64,000 bases of DNA. Source: Eledone cirrhosa. Taxonomy: Eukaryota. The stretch is taken from contig OZ024747.1 in NCBI GenBank assembly GCA_964016885.1, positions 868,001-932,000 of the forward strand, in the 5' to 3' direction. Below the pieces are notes generated by a model, which had not been told where the DNA came from, searched no databases, and was given only the letters and a program-made list of their open reading frames with translations. Of the stretch, positions 1 to 11,085 are shown piece after piece. A program made the translations under genes and the position numbers. The first letter of the stretch is position 1; each line of letters begins with the position of its first letter.

Positions 1-1209
1 CCACCAGCTACCAACTACCTCTAGTACAACTACTAATCACCACCAGCTACTAACCACCTCTAGTATAGCTACTAGCTACCACAATATATTCTGTGGTCTA
101 CCTACAATTCACCACCAAATAGTATGTCTTCTTCCGTCTCATCCACAACACACCAGATACTTAGCAACAACAGTAACAATAACAATAACAATTTCTAGTC
201 AACCCATAATAACGACAGGAGAGGACTGGATGGAAACTGGAGAAAGGGAGAAAAGCTTGGGGGGGGGGGTGATGACGACGACACAAACAAACAAGGATTA
301 AAAAAAAAACATTTCTCAGGAAATCCCAGGAAAAGTTGTATGAAAGAGGGTAAAAATAGATCACTGTAGGGTGGGCTATCATAGAAACATGCCTAAATAG
401 GTTAGGAACCTAGTTTTAGTAGTGATATAGCAACTGTACAGTTTGTAAGGAGAGAGAAAAAAATAAAAATAAATAAACCAGCAACAGCAGGGAGCTTGGA
501 CAAAGTAGAAGAATGTAATGTATTCCTTGGGGACAAGGGCCAGGTTTATATATATAAACTAAGTATGCCCATGATTCAGAATCAAAGACAACTTAGTAAT
601 ATGTAACATGTTTTATCTAATGGTTATAGGTATGTTGTCGGCCATCCCACCGTTGATCCAGTGGGATATATTGTGACTGAGGAAGAAAGGACTGCATTAG
701 CACTAGGATAGTATTCTCTTTATCAACCTGAAAAAAATGGAAGGTAAAGCAGGTTTAAATACTGACCACAGAGAACTGGAACAAATGTTGCCAGACATTC
801 TACCCAATGTTCCAATCACTCTGCCAATCAGACACCTTATATGTGTGTATGTCTGTGTACATATATATATGTATAAAGACGTGTTTGTTGTGTGGTGGTG
901 GAGGGGTGAAGAATATGTGTGAGGGGGCAGGAATGTGAGGAGGGTGAGGAATATGTGTGGGGGGAGGGAATATGTGTGTGTAGGGGGGGATATGTGTGTA
1001 CCATTGATGACAATGTCGTGAGATAAAACAAAACAATAAAACCAACACCATGTCATTTCCATTAGCTAAACAATGCTCCCACCACCTCCAAGTGGCATGA
1101 GAAGCGGTATATCACTGGTATTTAGACTATTCAATGAGCAGGATGATAACTTGTGTATAACAAGTGAAGTCTTCATATATTTCAGGCAATTCTTTATTGC
1201 TCAGAAAAC

Positions 1210-1505
1210 ACCAAGGCCCTATTTCTATGGGTCAGTAATTATCAAGACCCTATTTCTATGGATCAATATACACCAAGGCCCTATTTCTATGGATCAGTAT
1301 ACACCAAGGCCCTATTTCCATGGATCAACATACACCAAGGCCCTATTTCTATGGATCAACATACACCAAGGTCCTATTTCTATGGATCAACATACATCAA
1401 GGTCCTATTTCTATGGATCAACATACATCAAGGCCCTATTTCTATGGATCAACATACATCAAGGCCCTATTTCTATGGATCAACATACATCAAGGCTCTA
1501 TTTCC
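1210..1505. repeat. 31-bp minisatellite, about 9 copies
   Basis: Unit accaaggccctatttctatggatcaacatac. Confidence 0.95.
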
Positions 1506-1948
1506 AATAATAACTTTCAACATTAACACACATTTTAAAGGTGTATTGCCAACTGTATAGACCCCAGTATTTCCCTGGTACTTTATTTTATCACAGCCAC
1601 ACCACTATCACCATCAGCATAATCATAGAAGTGGTGTTGTAACTATAAACTCCAGTATTTTACCAGTAATATCACTACTACATCACCACCACCACCACCA
1701 TTACCATCATCATCATCATCATCATCATCATCATAGTAGTAATATTGACTACATATCTCAGTATTTTACTGGTAATTCATTTTATCAGCACCACACCACC
1801 ACCACCACCAGTCATCATGACAATGGTGGTGGAGTGATCACTCCTCCCTTCCTTCTCCATCATCTTGATGAGCTCAACTCTGGAATGACAGCTAAACCAA
1901 ACATCATTAACATGGCTCAAAAATAAATTGACAATTAAGCAATTGCAC

Positions 1949-2018
<70 letters not shown>

Positions 2019-2564
2019 ACGTGTATATATGTGCTTGTGAGTGTATGTATGTGTCTATATATATATATATACATGTGTGTGTATTTATGCATATACAAAT
2101 ATATATGTAATTATGTAAGAATGTGTATACATACATGTATGTTTTAATAATGTATGTTTAAATATAACTTAGTTGGGGGTGTAGAAGAGATGGCTTGTCA
2201 GAACAATGACATATGCACAGAAATGATGGGTTTCACAGATCCTGCTGGGCTTTGGCCTTTTGCACAAGAAATAGGAGGTTTCATAGATCCTACTGCACTT
2301 ATGCACAGACAGATGATTTGATTGTCTTCAAATATGTATTCTTTCTACAGAGGAGATGGACACTGTCCCATTGGAATTCCTCTTTCTATTCTGTTTTCCT
2401 GCTGCATTTCTTTTGGTTAATCTTTGTGTGCATGTTTGTGTATGTGTATCTTCTTCCATGTTAATTTGTATAGTTGCTTAATCTTTTCATTTCTACAGTA
2501 ACAGATACTGTAGTCACTTGTCTCCATGGTAACTTGCTTGCTTGCCTGCCTGCTTGCTTTGTCT

Positions 2565-4028
2565 CTATGGTAACTCGGGGTCTAAATGCCAGACCAGATG
2601 TGCCATGAACTCTAGCCGGTTGCCAAGTTTCTTCAGGCATTTACGGCAAGTGAACGGATCGGCGTCGTCTGCGGAATGCAAGCTATTATGCAGCATGCAC
2701 ATAGCGTAGTCCTCGAACCAGATTCCACAGTATTCACAGCGTCCCAGTCTCTTGCCGTTCAACAAGTACGGAGCTAAAGTCAATGACGAAGGATTGTTGC
2801 TATTGTTGTTGTTGTTGTTGCTGTTGTTGTTGCTGTTGTTGTTGTTGTTGTTACTGTTGTTAGTGCTATTGTTGTTGTTGTTGTGGCTGTTTACTGCAGT
2901 GAGTACAACTGAATTTGTGATGCCTGCTGTTTTGTTTGATGATATCATGCGACGTGTGCATACTTCAGCGCGTGTCACACTGGTCTTGTTGCTAGTTAGA
3001 AGACTTATCGTGCACCTAGGTGCTGTCTTTGTGTTGCTGCTGGTAATCGGTTCACGTTTTATTACAGCCTTATGTGGCCTGTTAGCCTTACGCATGGCAC
3101 TTCTATTGGAACTGCCATCTACTACTGCAGTGGATTTTGTAAGTGCACCCTCGGTGTCAGTGCTGTTGGTACCTGATTTCCCTGACACCATGTAATAGGC
3201 AGCACTTGAGCTGCTAGGCAGGGCATCACTTGCGCTTATGGTGCTATCGTCTCCGACGTCTGCTGCGGGGCCTACGAGAGAGTAGCCAGGAGATACTGCT
3301 ATTTGCAGCGGTCCATTATCCTCATTTGGGCTGGGCTTAGAAGTTGAGAGATCGGCGTCAAATGACTGGTCTTGTAGATTGGCAGCTATGACAGCAGCAG
3401 TGGTGTTATCACTGATATCAGCATTGTTGCTGTTATTGTTATTGCTGTCTTGGTCAACACCTGCTGCATTGTTGCTGTTGTCAGATTTCCGATCAGACGG
3501 CTGCACTATCTTGTTGCCAATCGATGGTATCTGAGCGAGACAGAAGCGAGCACAGCCAAGCCATTTTCCATCCCCATCTGCCGTAGGTGTCTCAGTGCTG
3601 GTACTTGGTACTCCGTCAGCTCCCTCGCCACTCGATCTTATGTCCGTCTTGATGCTATGGAGCCGTTCATGTTTCTCAAGTTCCTCGGCTTCCTGGAAAC
3701 CTTCGCCACACTGGTGGCACAAGTGGATCTGGTAGACGTCGTGGCGTCGCAAATGACTGCCGAGTATCTGTGACTTGTAGAACTGCGACCCGCAAATGCG
3801 ACACATGTTCTTCTGCCGATGTGGCGAGTGTATCTTGAGATGTTGCTTTACATGATCTGAGCGTGTAAAGCGACGGCCGCACAGGTTACATACATAAGGT
3901 CTTTCTCCGCTATGCACTCTCGAATGACGCTGCAGCTGCGATGGCGTGCTATATGACCCACCGCATATCGAACACGAGTGCAACCGTTTGCGCTTCTTTG
4001 GTGTTGGTGCAGCTGGACTAGGCTGCAT
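2565..4028 (-). CDS. C2H2 zinc-finger transcription factor, 487 aa: 4 N-terminal fingers plus C-terminal Ikaros/Hunchback-type finger pair
   Basis: Uninterrupted, relatively GC-rich ORF with AAAATG start context. Basic NLS-like PKKRKR. Fingers CSICGGSYSTPSQLQRHSRVH, (SGERP linker) CNLCGRRFTRSDHVKQHLKIH, CRICGSQF..HLRRH and CHQCGEGF..HERLH. Ser/Asn-rich linker with a poly-Asn tract. C-terminal CEYCGIWFEDYAMCMLHNSLH-SADDADP-FTCRKC..RLEFMAHLVWH. A TAG two codons upstream of the ATG could also act as a phase-0 splice acceptor, so additional 5' coding exons cannot be excluded. Confidence 0.92.
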   Translation of the reverse strand: MQPSPAAPTPKKRKRLHSCSICGGSYSTPSQLQRHSRVHSGERPYVCNLCGRRFTRSDHVKQHLKIHSPHRQKNMCRICGSQFYKSQILGSHLRRHDVYQIHLCHQCGEGFQEAEELEKHERLHSIKTDIRSSGEGADGVPSTSTETPTADGDGKWLGCARFCLAQIPSIGNKIVQPSDRKSDNSNNAAGVDQDSNNNNSNNADISDNTTAAVIAANLQDQSFDADLSTSKPSPNEDNGPLQIAVSPGYSLVGPAADVGDDSTISASDALPSSSSAAYYMVSGKSGTNSTDTEGALTKSTAVVDGSSNRSAMRKANRPHKAVIKREPITSSNTKTAPRCTISLLTSNKTSVTRAEVCTRRMISSNKTAGITNSVVLTAVNSHNNNNNSTNNSNNNNNNSNNNSNNNNNNSNNPSSLTLAPYLLNGKRLGRCEYCGIWFEDYAMCMLHNSLHSADDADPFTCRKCLKKLGNRLEFMAHLVWHLDPELP

Positions 4029-4359
4029 TTTCTAAACACCTTTTCCAAAAAAAAAAAAAACAAACAATTATGACAAAAAGGTTGTTTTTTTTTTTTAAAT
4101 GTAATAATAAAATAAATTAATAAATAAATAAAAATTTCAACTGAAAATCAAAGAACAAAATAACAAAAATACACACTGGTGTTGTGCAAGCTTTAGCAAG
4201 ACCACCAGCAACTCCACCAGCAGGTTTTAGCTGTTGTAATTCTGGTATATAGAGCAGGGCAATAATTGGATGCCAGATTTCAAGGTTAAACAGTGTCCGA
4301 GGGTGAGCAGAGGCAGCATCTATACTTTTAGTCTTATGACGTGGCCAGAGGTCGCAGGT

Positions 4360-4465
4360 TCAAGGTGTCTGTGGTATTTGTAGTTCAGCTTCATTTTGAT
4401 TGAATTCATCGATGGACAGGTGCTCCTGACAAAATGGACTCCTGCAGAGAAATGAAAAGAGAGTG
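4360..4465 (-). other. Strong splice acceptor and candidate upstream exon of the zinc-finger locus
   Basis: Minus strand reads ctctcttttcatttctctgcag|G with the exon starting at 4441, followed by unique non-repetitive sequence. All three frames close before the ZF ATG. Confidence 0.45.
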
Positions 4466-4544
4466 TATGAGACATGGAGTATGGAGTGGGAAGACAAGAG
4501 TTCAAGAATAAATAATTAGACACAAGAAGAAAGATGGTCGTGTT

Positions 4545-5050
4545 GTAGTGGTATTTTTGTGGTGGTAGTGGTGGTGGTGATGTTCTAGTGGTATTGTGGT
4601 GGTAGTGGTAGTGGTGGTGTTCTAGTGGTATTGTTGTGGTGGTGGTAGTGGTGTTCTAGTGGTATTGTGTTGGTGGTGGTGGTAGTGGTGTTCTAGTGGT
4701 ATTGTTGTGATGGTGGTGGTGGTGTTCTAGTGGTATTGTTGTTGTGGTGGTGGTGGTGGTGTTCTAGTGGTATTGTTGTGGTGGTGGTGTTCTAGTGGTA
4801 TTGTTGTGGTGGTTGTAGTGGTGGTGTTCTAGTGGTATTGTTGTGGTGGTGTTCTAGTGGTATTGTTGTGGTGGTAGTGGTTGTGGTGTTCTAGTGGTAT
4901 TGTTGTGGTGATAGTGGTGGTGGTGTTCTAGTGGTATTGTTGTGGTGGTGGTGTTCTAGTGGTATTGTTGTGGTGGTTGTAGTGGTGGTGTTCTAGTGGT
5001 ATTATTGTGGTGATAGTGGTGGTGGTGTTCTGGTGGTATTGTTGTGGTGG
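4545..5050. repeat. Composite tandem repeat: constant gtgttctagtggtattgtt plus variable (GTG)n
   Basis: About 15 recurrences of gttctagtggtattg separated by GTG/GTA runs. Confidence 0.9.
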
Positions 5051-5142
5051 TCGATGTCATCATTGTGGTTGTAATATAGTGATGTTGCTGATAATGGTGA
5101 TGCTGTGGTTGCTATTTTAGAGGTGGCAAAGGGGAAATGTTA

Positions 5143-5822
5143 AGGTAATCCCCAACCCTCCTACGGTGGGAGGAGAGGTAATCACCCACCTACCTACGGT
5201 GGGAGGAAAGGTAATCACCCACCTACCTACGGTGGGAGGAGAGGTAATCACCCACCTACCTACGGTGGGAGGAAAGGTAATCACCCACCTACCTACGGTG
5301 GGAGGAGAGGTAATCACCCACCTACCTACGGTGGGAGGAGAGGTAATCACCCACCTACCTACGGTGGGAGGAGAGGTAATCACCCACCCTCCTACGGTGG
5401 GAGGAGAGGTAATCACCCACCTACCTACGGTGGGAGGAGAGGTAATCACCCACCCTCCTACGGTGGGAGGAGAGGTAATCACCCACCTACCTACGGTGGG
5501 AGGAGAGGTAATCACCCACCCTCCTACGGTGGGAGGAGAGGTAATCACCCACCCTCCTACGGTGGGAGGAGAGGTAATCACCCACCTACCTACGGAGGGA
5601 GGAGAGGTAATCCCCAACCCTCCTACGGTGGGAGGAGAGGTAATCCCCAACCCTCCTACGGTGGGAGGAGAGGTAATCACCCACCCTCCTATGGTGGGAG
5701 GAGAGGTAATCCCCAACCCTCCTACGGTGGGAGGAGAGGTAATCACCCACCCTCCTATGGTGGGAGGAGAGGTAATCCCCAACCCTCCTACGGTGGGAGG
5801 AGAGGTAATCACCCACCCTCCT
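5143..5822. repeat. 33-bp minisatellite, about 20 copies
   Basis: Unit ggtaatcacccacctacctacggtgggaggaga; explains the 11-aa periodic ORFs on both strands. Confidence 0.97.
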
Positions 5823-6054
5823 TCACTATAAAAAATGTTGTGGGAAGACAAAAGTAAACAAGCCAAAAAAGTAGGATTCCATAAACATTCTCAGTGTGGT
5901 GGGCTTTAAAAGTAGGTCAATAACCTGACCTAAATAGATTACATCACCTAACACCACCACCACCACCACCAACCTAACATCACCACCTCCTAACACCATC
6001 ACCTAACACCACCACTACCACCACCACCATGAACTATTGAGGGAGCATTTATGA

Positions 6055-6240
6055 GGTAGGATAACCTGCTAGAAATAACAGCCAAGTCTCACTCAAATCA
6101 CATCCTACCACTTTATAAAAGGTCATGTTGAACACTGTAACACTGGGTTTTCTGCATGTAGTAAAAGACAGGATGGTCACATCTGGAACGCCTTCAATAT
6201 TAGGTCTGCTTGATTAGAGCTGACCTGGGATCAAACAGCA
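6055..6240 (+). mobile_element. Dispersed SINE-like repeat family (acctgctagaaataacagcc...gctgacctggg..taaaca)
   Basis: Related segments recur at about 10283-10395(-), 30685-30825(+), 34800-34890(+), 41600-41710(-) and 41875-41975(-). Confidence 0.6.
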
Positions 6241-6517
6241 ATCACTACAACTAACTAATTTATATACACAAAATATTGCCATTCTCTCTCTTGACACAAA
6301 AACATGCATACATGTGTGTGTGTGTATATATATATACACACATGTATATATATATATATATATATATTATACATATATATATATACATTATATATATATT
6401 ATACATATATATATATACATTATATATATTATACATATATATATACATTATGTATATTATATATATGTATGTATATTATACATATATATATATACATTAT
6501 ATATATATATATATGAG

Positions 6518-7695
6518 ATCGTGTAGGTGTCACGACAAAAAACACACAGTCCACGCTGTAAATGTGGCCGTGTAGGCAACAAGGTAAAAACCTCACAGCC
6601 CCTCACTGTAAATGTGGTTGGTGTTAGGAAGGGCATCCAGCTGTAGAAAACCCGCCAGACAGTCCACGCTGTAATGTGGCCGTGTAGGCAACACGGTAAA
6701 AACCTCCCAGCCCCACACTGTAAATGTGGTTGGTGTTAGGAAGGGCATCCAACTGTAGAAAACCCGCCAGACAGTCCTATGCGAGCAAGACAACCACTCT
6801 TGCCTCAAGTGGGAAAACCCCCGTCCAAACCCATGCAAGCGTGGAACACGGACGCTAAACCTGATGATGATGATGATGATGATGATAAACAGTTCTATAT
6901 GAACAAGACATGGTCACCTGACCCAACATACCTCTAATGAGACAACTCGTCTAACCCATGCTAGCATAGAAAATGGACGTTAAATGACGTTGATGATGAT
7001 ATATATAGATATGTGTTTGTGCGCGTGTATATATATATATGGAGGCACATGGCTTAGTGGTTAGAGCATTGGGCTTGCAATCGAAAGGTTGTGAGTTCAA
7101 TTCTCAGACCGGGTGATGTTTTGTTTCCTTGAGCAAGACACTTTATTTCACATTACTCCAGTTTTCTCAGCTGTAGAAATGAGATGATAGGACTGGGGTC
7201 CCTATCATTCCACTGCAAAGTGGTTGTGGAGGTGCCATGCAAAAAAGCACCCAGCCCACACTGTAAAGTGGACGTGTAAGCGCCACGGAAAAAAAAGCAC
7301 CCAGCACTCACTGTAAATGAGGTTGGTGTTAGGAAGGGCATCCAGCTGTAGAAATCAAGCCAGAATCAGTTCCCGTCCCACCCTTGCAAGCAGGGAAAAG
7401 CAGACGTAAAATGATGATGATGATGATGATACATAAATGAGGTCGTGTAGGTGTCACAACAAAAAAATACACAGTCCACGCTGTAATGTGGCCGTGTAGG
7501 TAACATGGTAAAATCCTCCCAGTCCACACTGTAAACGTGGTTGGTGTTAGGAAGGGCATCCAGCCGTAGAATACCCGCCAGACAGTCCTGAGCAAGACAA
7601 CCAATCTTGTCTCAAATGGGACAATTCCCGTCCAGACCCATGCTAGCGTGGAAGATGGATGTTAAACGATGATGATAATGATGATGATGATGACA
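6518..7695 (+). mobile_element. Cluster of RTE-LINE 3'-end / LINE-tail-derived repeats ending in (GAT)n
   Basis: Module cactgtaaa.gtggttggtgttaggaagggcatccagctgtagaaa...acccatgc.agc.tggaa..ggacgttaaa-(gat)n occurs about 4 times here. The same sequence forms the 3' end of the RTE element at 28650-30260. Confidence 0.8.
7041..7185 (+). mobile_element. tRNA-derived SINE head with CORE-like segment
   Basis: A box tggcttagtgg (7050-7060), B-box-like gttcaattc (7095-7103), followed by ccttgagcaagacactt. Confidence 0.7.
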
Positions 7696-8099
7696 TATAG
7701 ACTACCATTTGCCTCCATCATGGACCAACCAAGCACTCTTGCCATAATAACACTTTTTGAACTGCTTATCCTCAAGAACTATGCCTGTAAATAATATTAT
7801 TCTTTCTTTCCCATTACCTTAACATCTTCAATATCACATTATTTTCTCTTCAACATTTTATACCAATACAAATTCCCCTCTTTGATAATGCATAAAATGC
7901 TGAAACCGGTAATAGACAATTATTAAATATATAAATAAATAAATAAATAAATAAATGCCATTGTTAATTAATAAATAAATTAACTAATACCTTAACACTT
8001 GACACAAAGTAAAATATTTTGTTTTAAACATTTTCTAACCCAGAAAAAAGAGAAAAAATGTTTTTTTTCTTCCTAATAAACGTCTTTTTCTCTCTATTT

Positions 8100-8170
<71 letters not shown>

Positions 8171-8254
8171 TATCATCCCCATTTTATATCAGCTTTTCCT
8201 TGCTTATATATAAATAGCCTGCAGTGCTGAGACTGAGGAGACCACTAAACATGT

Positions 8255-8431
8255 GAGTACTCAATGCATGGGGAGATGTAGAGTGGGTAGAGAGATATGA
8301 AAAATCCCGACCGTGGTGCCAAGCAGTTTCGGGTTTGTGTGTTCAGCAAGCCAAAGGTCCCTTGAAAAGTCTTGTGGAATGCACAAGCCAAAACTGCTTG
8401 GTGCCATGGTCAGGATTTTATATATCTCTCT
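8255..8431 (-). mobile_element. Degenerate palindromic Penelope-end-like element
   Basis: Imperfect inverted arms at about 8289-8339 and 8382-8431. Tail motif agtactcaat...gtagagt on the left. Decayed hammerhead-like ttgaaaa-stem-aaaac in the centre and right arm. Confidence 0.5.
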
Positions 8432-8639
8432 CTCTCTACATATACATTTGAGTTTGAGGCTCCATCTACAAGTAGAATTTAGACTACCAATGAAGTGTTT
8501 CAGGCATACTTGTCCTCACACGCATGTACTAGCTGCAGCATAGTACGCTTACCACCTACCACTCCTGCACTTCTTCAGTTATATGGATGACATTTTTCAG
8601 CTAACTTCAACCCATGAAAATATTTGAAAATTCAACAAT

Positions 8640-9400
8640 ATTGATGACTGTATAAACTTTGAAGTTTCTCAGCAATACCAGATCACATTTTCTGGTTGAT
8701 TTCCAACTCAAAATCACAGAAAAAGGATGCATCAGTACAAAATTCTTTAGGAAGGCAACATACAGGACTTATTTGTGCACTTCAGCCCTACACACCAGAA
8801 CCAAAATTGTCAATGTAGAGAGTGGAGCTCTCCCAGTTACCAAATATAGTAACACTAGGAACCGTACCACCAGTACAAAGAGTTTCAGTCCTGGTAGAAA
8901 ATGACTACACAGCATTTATCACCAAATACTAAGAGGCCAAGAGGAAAATACAACTGGAGTATTCCAGACTCTCATTGAGGATCAAGCTGCACACAACAAT
9001 AATATATACTAACTACCATCTCAGATTATAAGTAGTGTACAACTTGTAACAATTGTAGTGGCTCATACATTGTAAAGACTATTCACAAGCTACATTTATG
9101 ATTAAAGAACACATCTACACGAGTTCTTCTGTTAAAAATGTCACATCCAAGATACCAAAGTTACCCTAGAGGGCATAGAATGAAACATTGGAAACTTACG
9201 AGTCAAAGAGGCTCTCCTCATCAATAGATTAAGACCTCTCATTAACAGCAGATGACTATTGTGATTATACCAGTCTGTGCATGTCACCATCCCTCCGACC
9301 CAATATTTCTGTAGAAGAACTCAGTTCACTATTACCATCACACACCATTTCCTTTCTTTTGAAAAAGGGATCCTAACTCTGAAATATCATAAGGACAGAC
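8640..9400 (+). mobile_element. Decayed Penelope-like retroelement (RT thumb + GIY-YIG endonuclease remnants)
   Basis: Frameshifted peptides FLVDFQLKITEKGCISTKFFRKAT (matches FLD...STxxYRKPT), VVY..TCNNCSGSYIVKTIHKLHL.IKEH (GIY-YIG VVYxxxCxxCxxxYIGxT..L..RxxEH) and LRVKEALLINRLRPLIN (typical PLE C-terminus). A decayed hammerhead-like motif follows at about 9355-9395. Confidence 0.75.
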
Positions 9401-10204
9401 ATTCAGATAAATTTTCCAGATGATCTTCAATATTGCAGCAATATAGTTATATACATAATAGAATTAATATTTATATACTCCACAGAAAATGCCTGCACTA
9501 GGATAGGAACCGACATCTTCCAGCCCCCTAATTGGTTGTCCACGTCATATCCACTATACTTACTCTATAGTACCTCCTCAATAACCATAACCTTGAAAGC
9601 CCCCCATAACCCGTTTGGAGAGATGAGCTAGTGTGGAAGTGGCAGACAAAGTTTCATAAGATGTCCAGTGCCTACAGTGTCTATTTGTGTCTTCCTTGCT
9701 GTGTAAAAATTGTCCAAATGACCAGACCAATGGTCAGATAGTGACAGAGTGAGGAGGAGGAGGGTGGTGGTGGGGTATATCCAGTGCAAGGTGAGGAAAT
9801 ATTGCTAAATAGACGAGGTAGTATTTGAAGGGGTGGAGAGTACAGAGAGAACCCAATCAATTATACTAGACAATACAGATACACACACACACACACAATA
9901 CACAACCACACATTATCCCCCTAACACAATACAAACACACACATTAGCTGGTCAGAGAGGGCATTTGTCTATCCTTTGCAGGCCAAAAATATACAGTACG
10001 GTCCATACTTAAGTTAGAGGACATTTAGTAGGAAGTAGTAAGGTGGTGGCAGGGTGGAATGGGAAGTTTATAATGATAGTGGAGGGTCTGGTGGTGGTAA
10101 TGGTATTGTTGTTGTGTACACACACACATATACATTTATGTATACTCACACACACACAATTTATGTATACTCATACACAATTTATGTATACTCTCCAAAC
10201 ACAT

Positions 10205-10284
<80 letters not shown>

Positions 10285-10789
10285 TTTTTAGCCCTAGGTC
10301 AGGCTGATTGAATAAACTTATGATCAAAGATGTTCCAGCTGTGGACATCCTAACGTTTTCCCAGATACATTTCACTCAGGACCACATTATTCAATGTTGT
10401 ACTATAGTGTGGTGTACAATAGTGAGATATGATACAACATATACTGTAGTATTACAATATATCACTTGTTTCAAAGCCATTCCAGTTGTGACCATTCCAT
10501 TTATTTTATATATATATATATATATATATATGACATTTTTATTGTTTAGTCAGTGAGAGAAGATCAATAGCTCAGGGCCTCTGAGACATGTAGGAGAGAA
10601 AGGTGAAGGTATCCTTTAACTAGGGACTTGATGTGAATATTTACAAGGTGGACTCCATTAAAGGCACCCAAGGAGCAAGTGGAGGTATTAACCAAGTGAT
10701 GGACTAAGTCTACCACACAAGGATTTGAACTCAAATTACAAAGAGCCAGAACTTATACTGTAAGGGAATGTCCAATGTGTTTCCTGGTG

Positions 10790-11085
10790 TCACACAGTAA
10801 TACAGAAGACCCGACTTTCTACGGGAACAAGCCGAAGCATATAGACAATATGCCTCCATCCCCTCCCATTGCAAAGTGGTTGTGGAGGTGTCACGACAAA
10901 AAAGCACCCAGCACTCACTGTAAATGAGGTTGGTGTTAGGAAGGGCATCCAGCTGCAGAAATCAAGCCAGAATCAGTTCCCGTATGAGCAAGACAAGGTC
11001 AGCCGACCAGCTACTGCTCACAACAGGACAACCCGTCTAACCCATGCTAGCGTGGAAGAATCGACATAAAACAGTGATGATGAGT
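10790..11085 (+). mobile_element. 5'-truncated RTE LINE 3' end
   Basis: Colinear with 29905-30260 (gaagac.cgactt...acaagccgaagc...aaaagcacccagcactcactgtaaat...acccgtctaacccatgctagcgtggaagaa), ends in gatgatg. Confidence 0.8.

Noticed and set aside
2752-3195. Plus-strand poly-Leu ORF resembling a signal peptide
   Set aside because: Antisense shadow of the poly-Asn tract of the ZF gene.
2565-4028. Naming the gene hunchback or Ikaros
   Set aside because: Only the C-terminal finger pair fits; the N-terminal fingers do not match those families as far as I can judge without a search.
7041-7115. tRNA gene
   Set aside because: A/B boxes are present but there is no acceptor-stem closure, and it continues into SINE body sequence.
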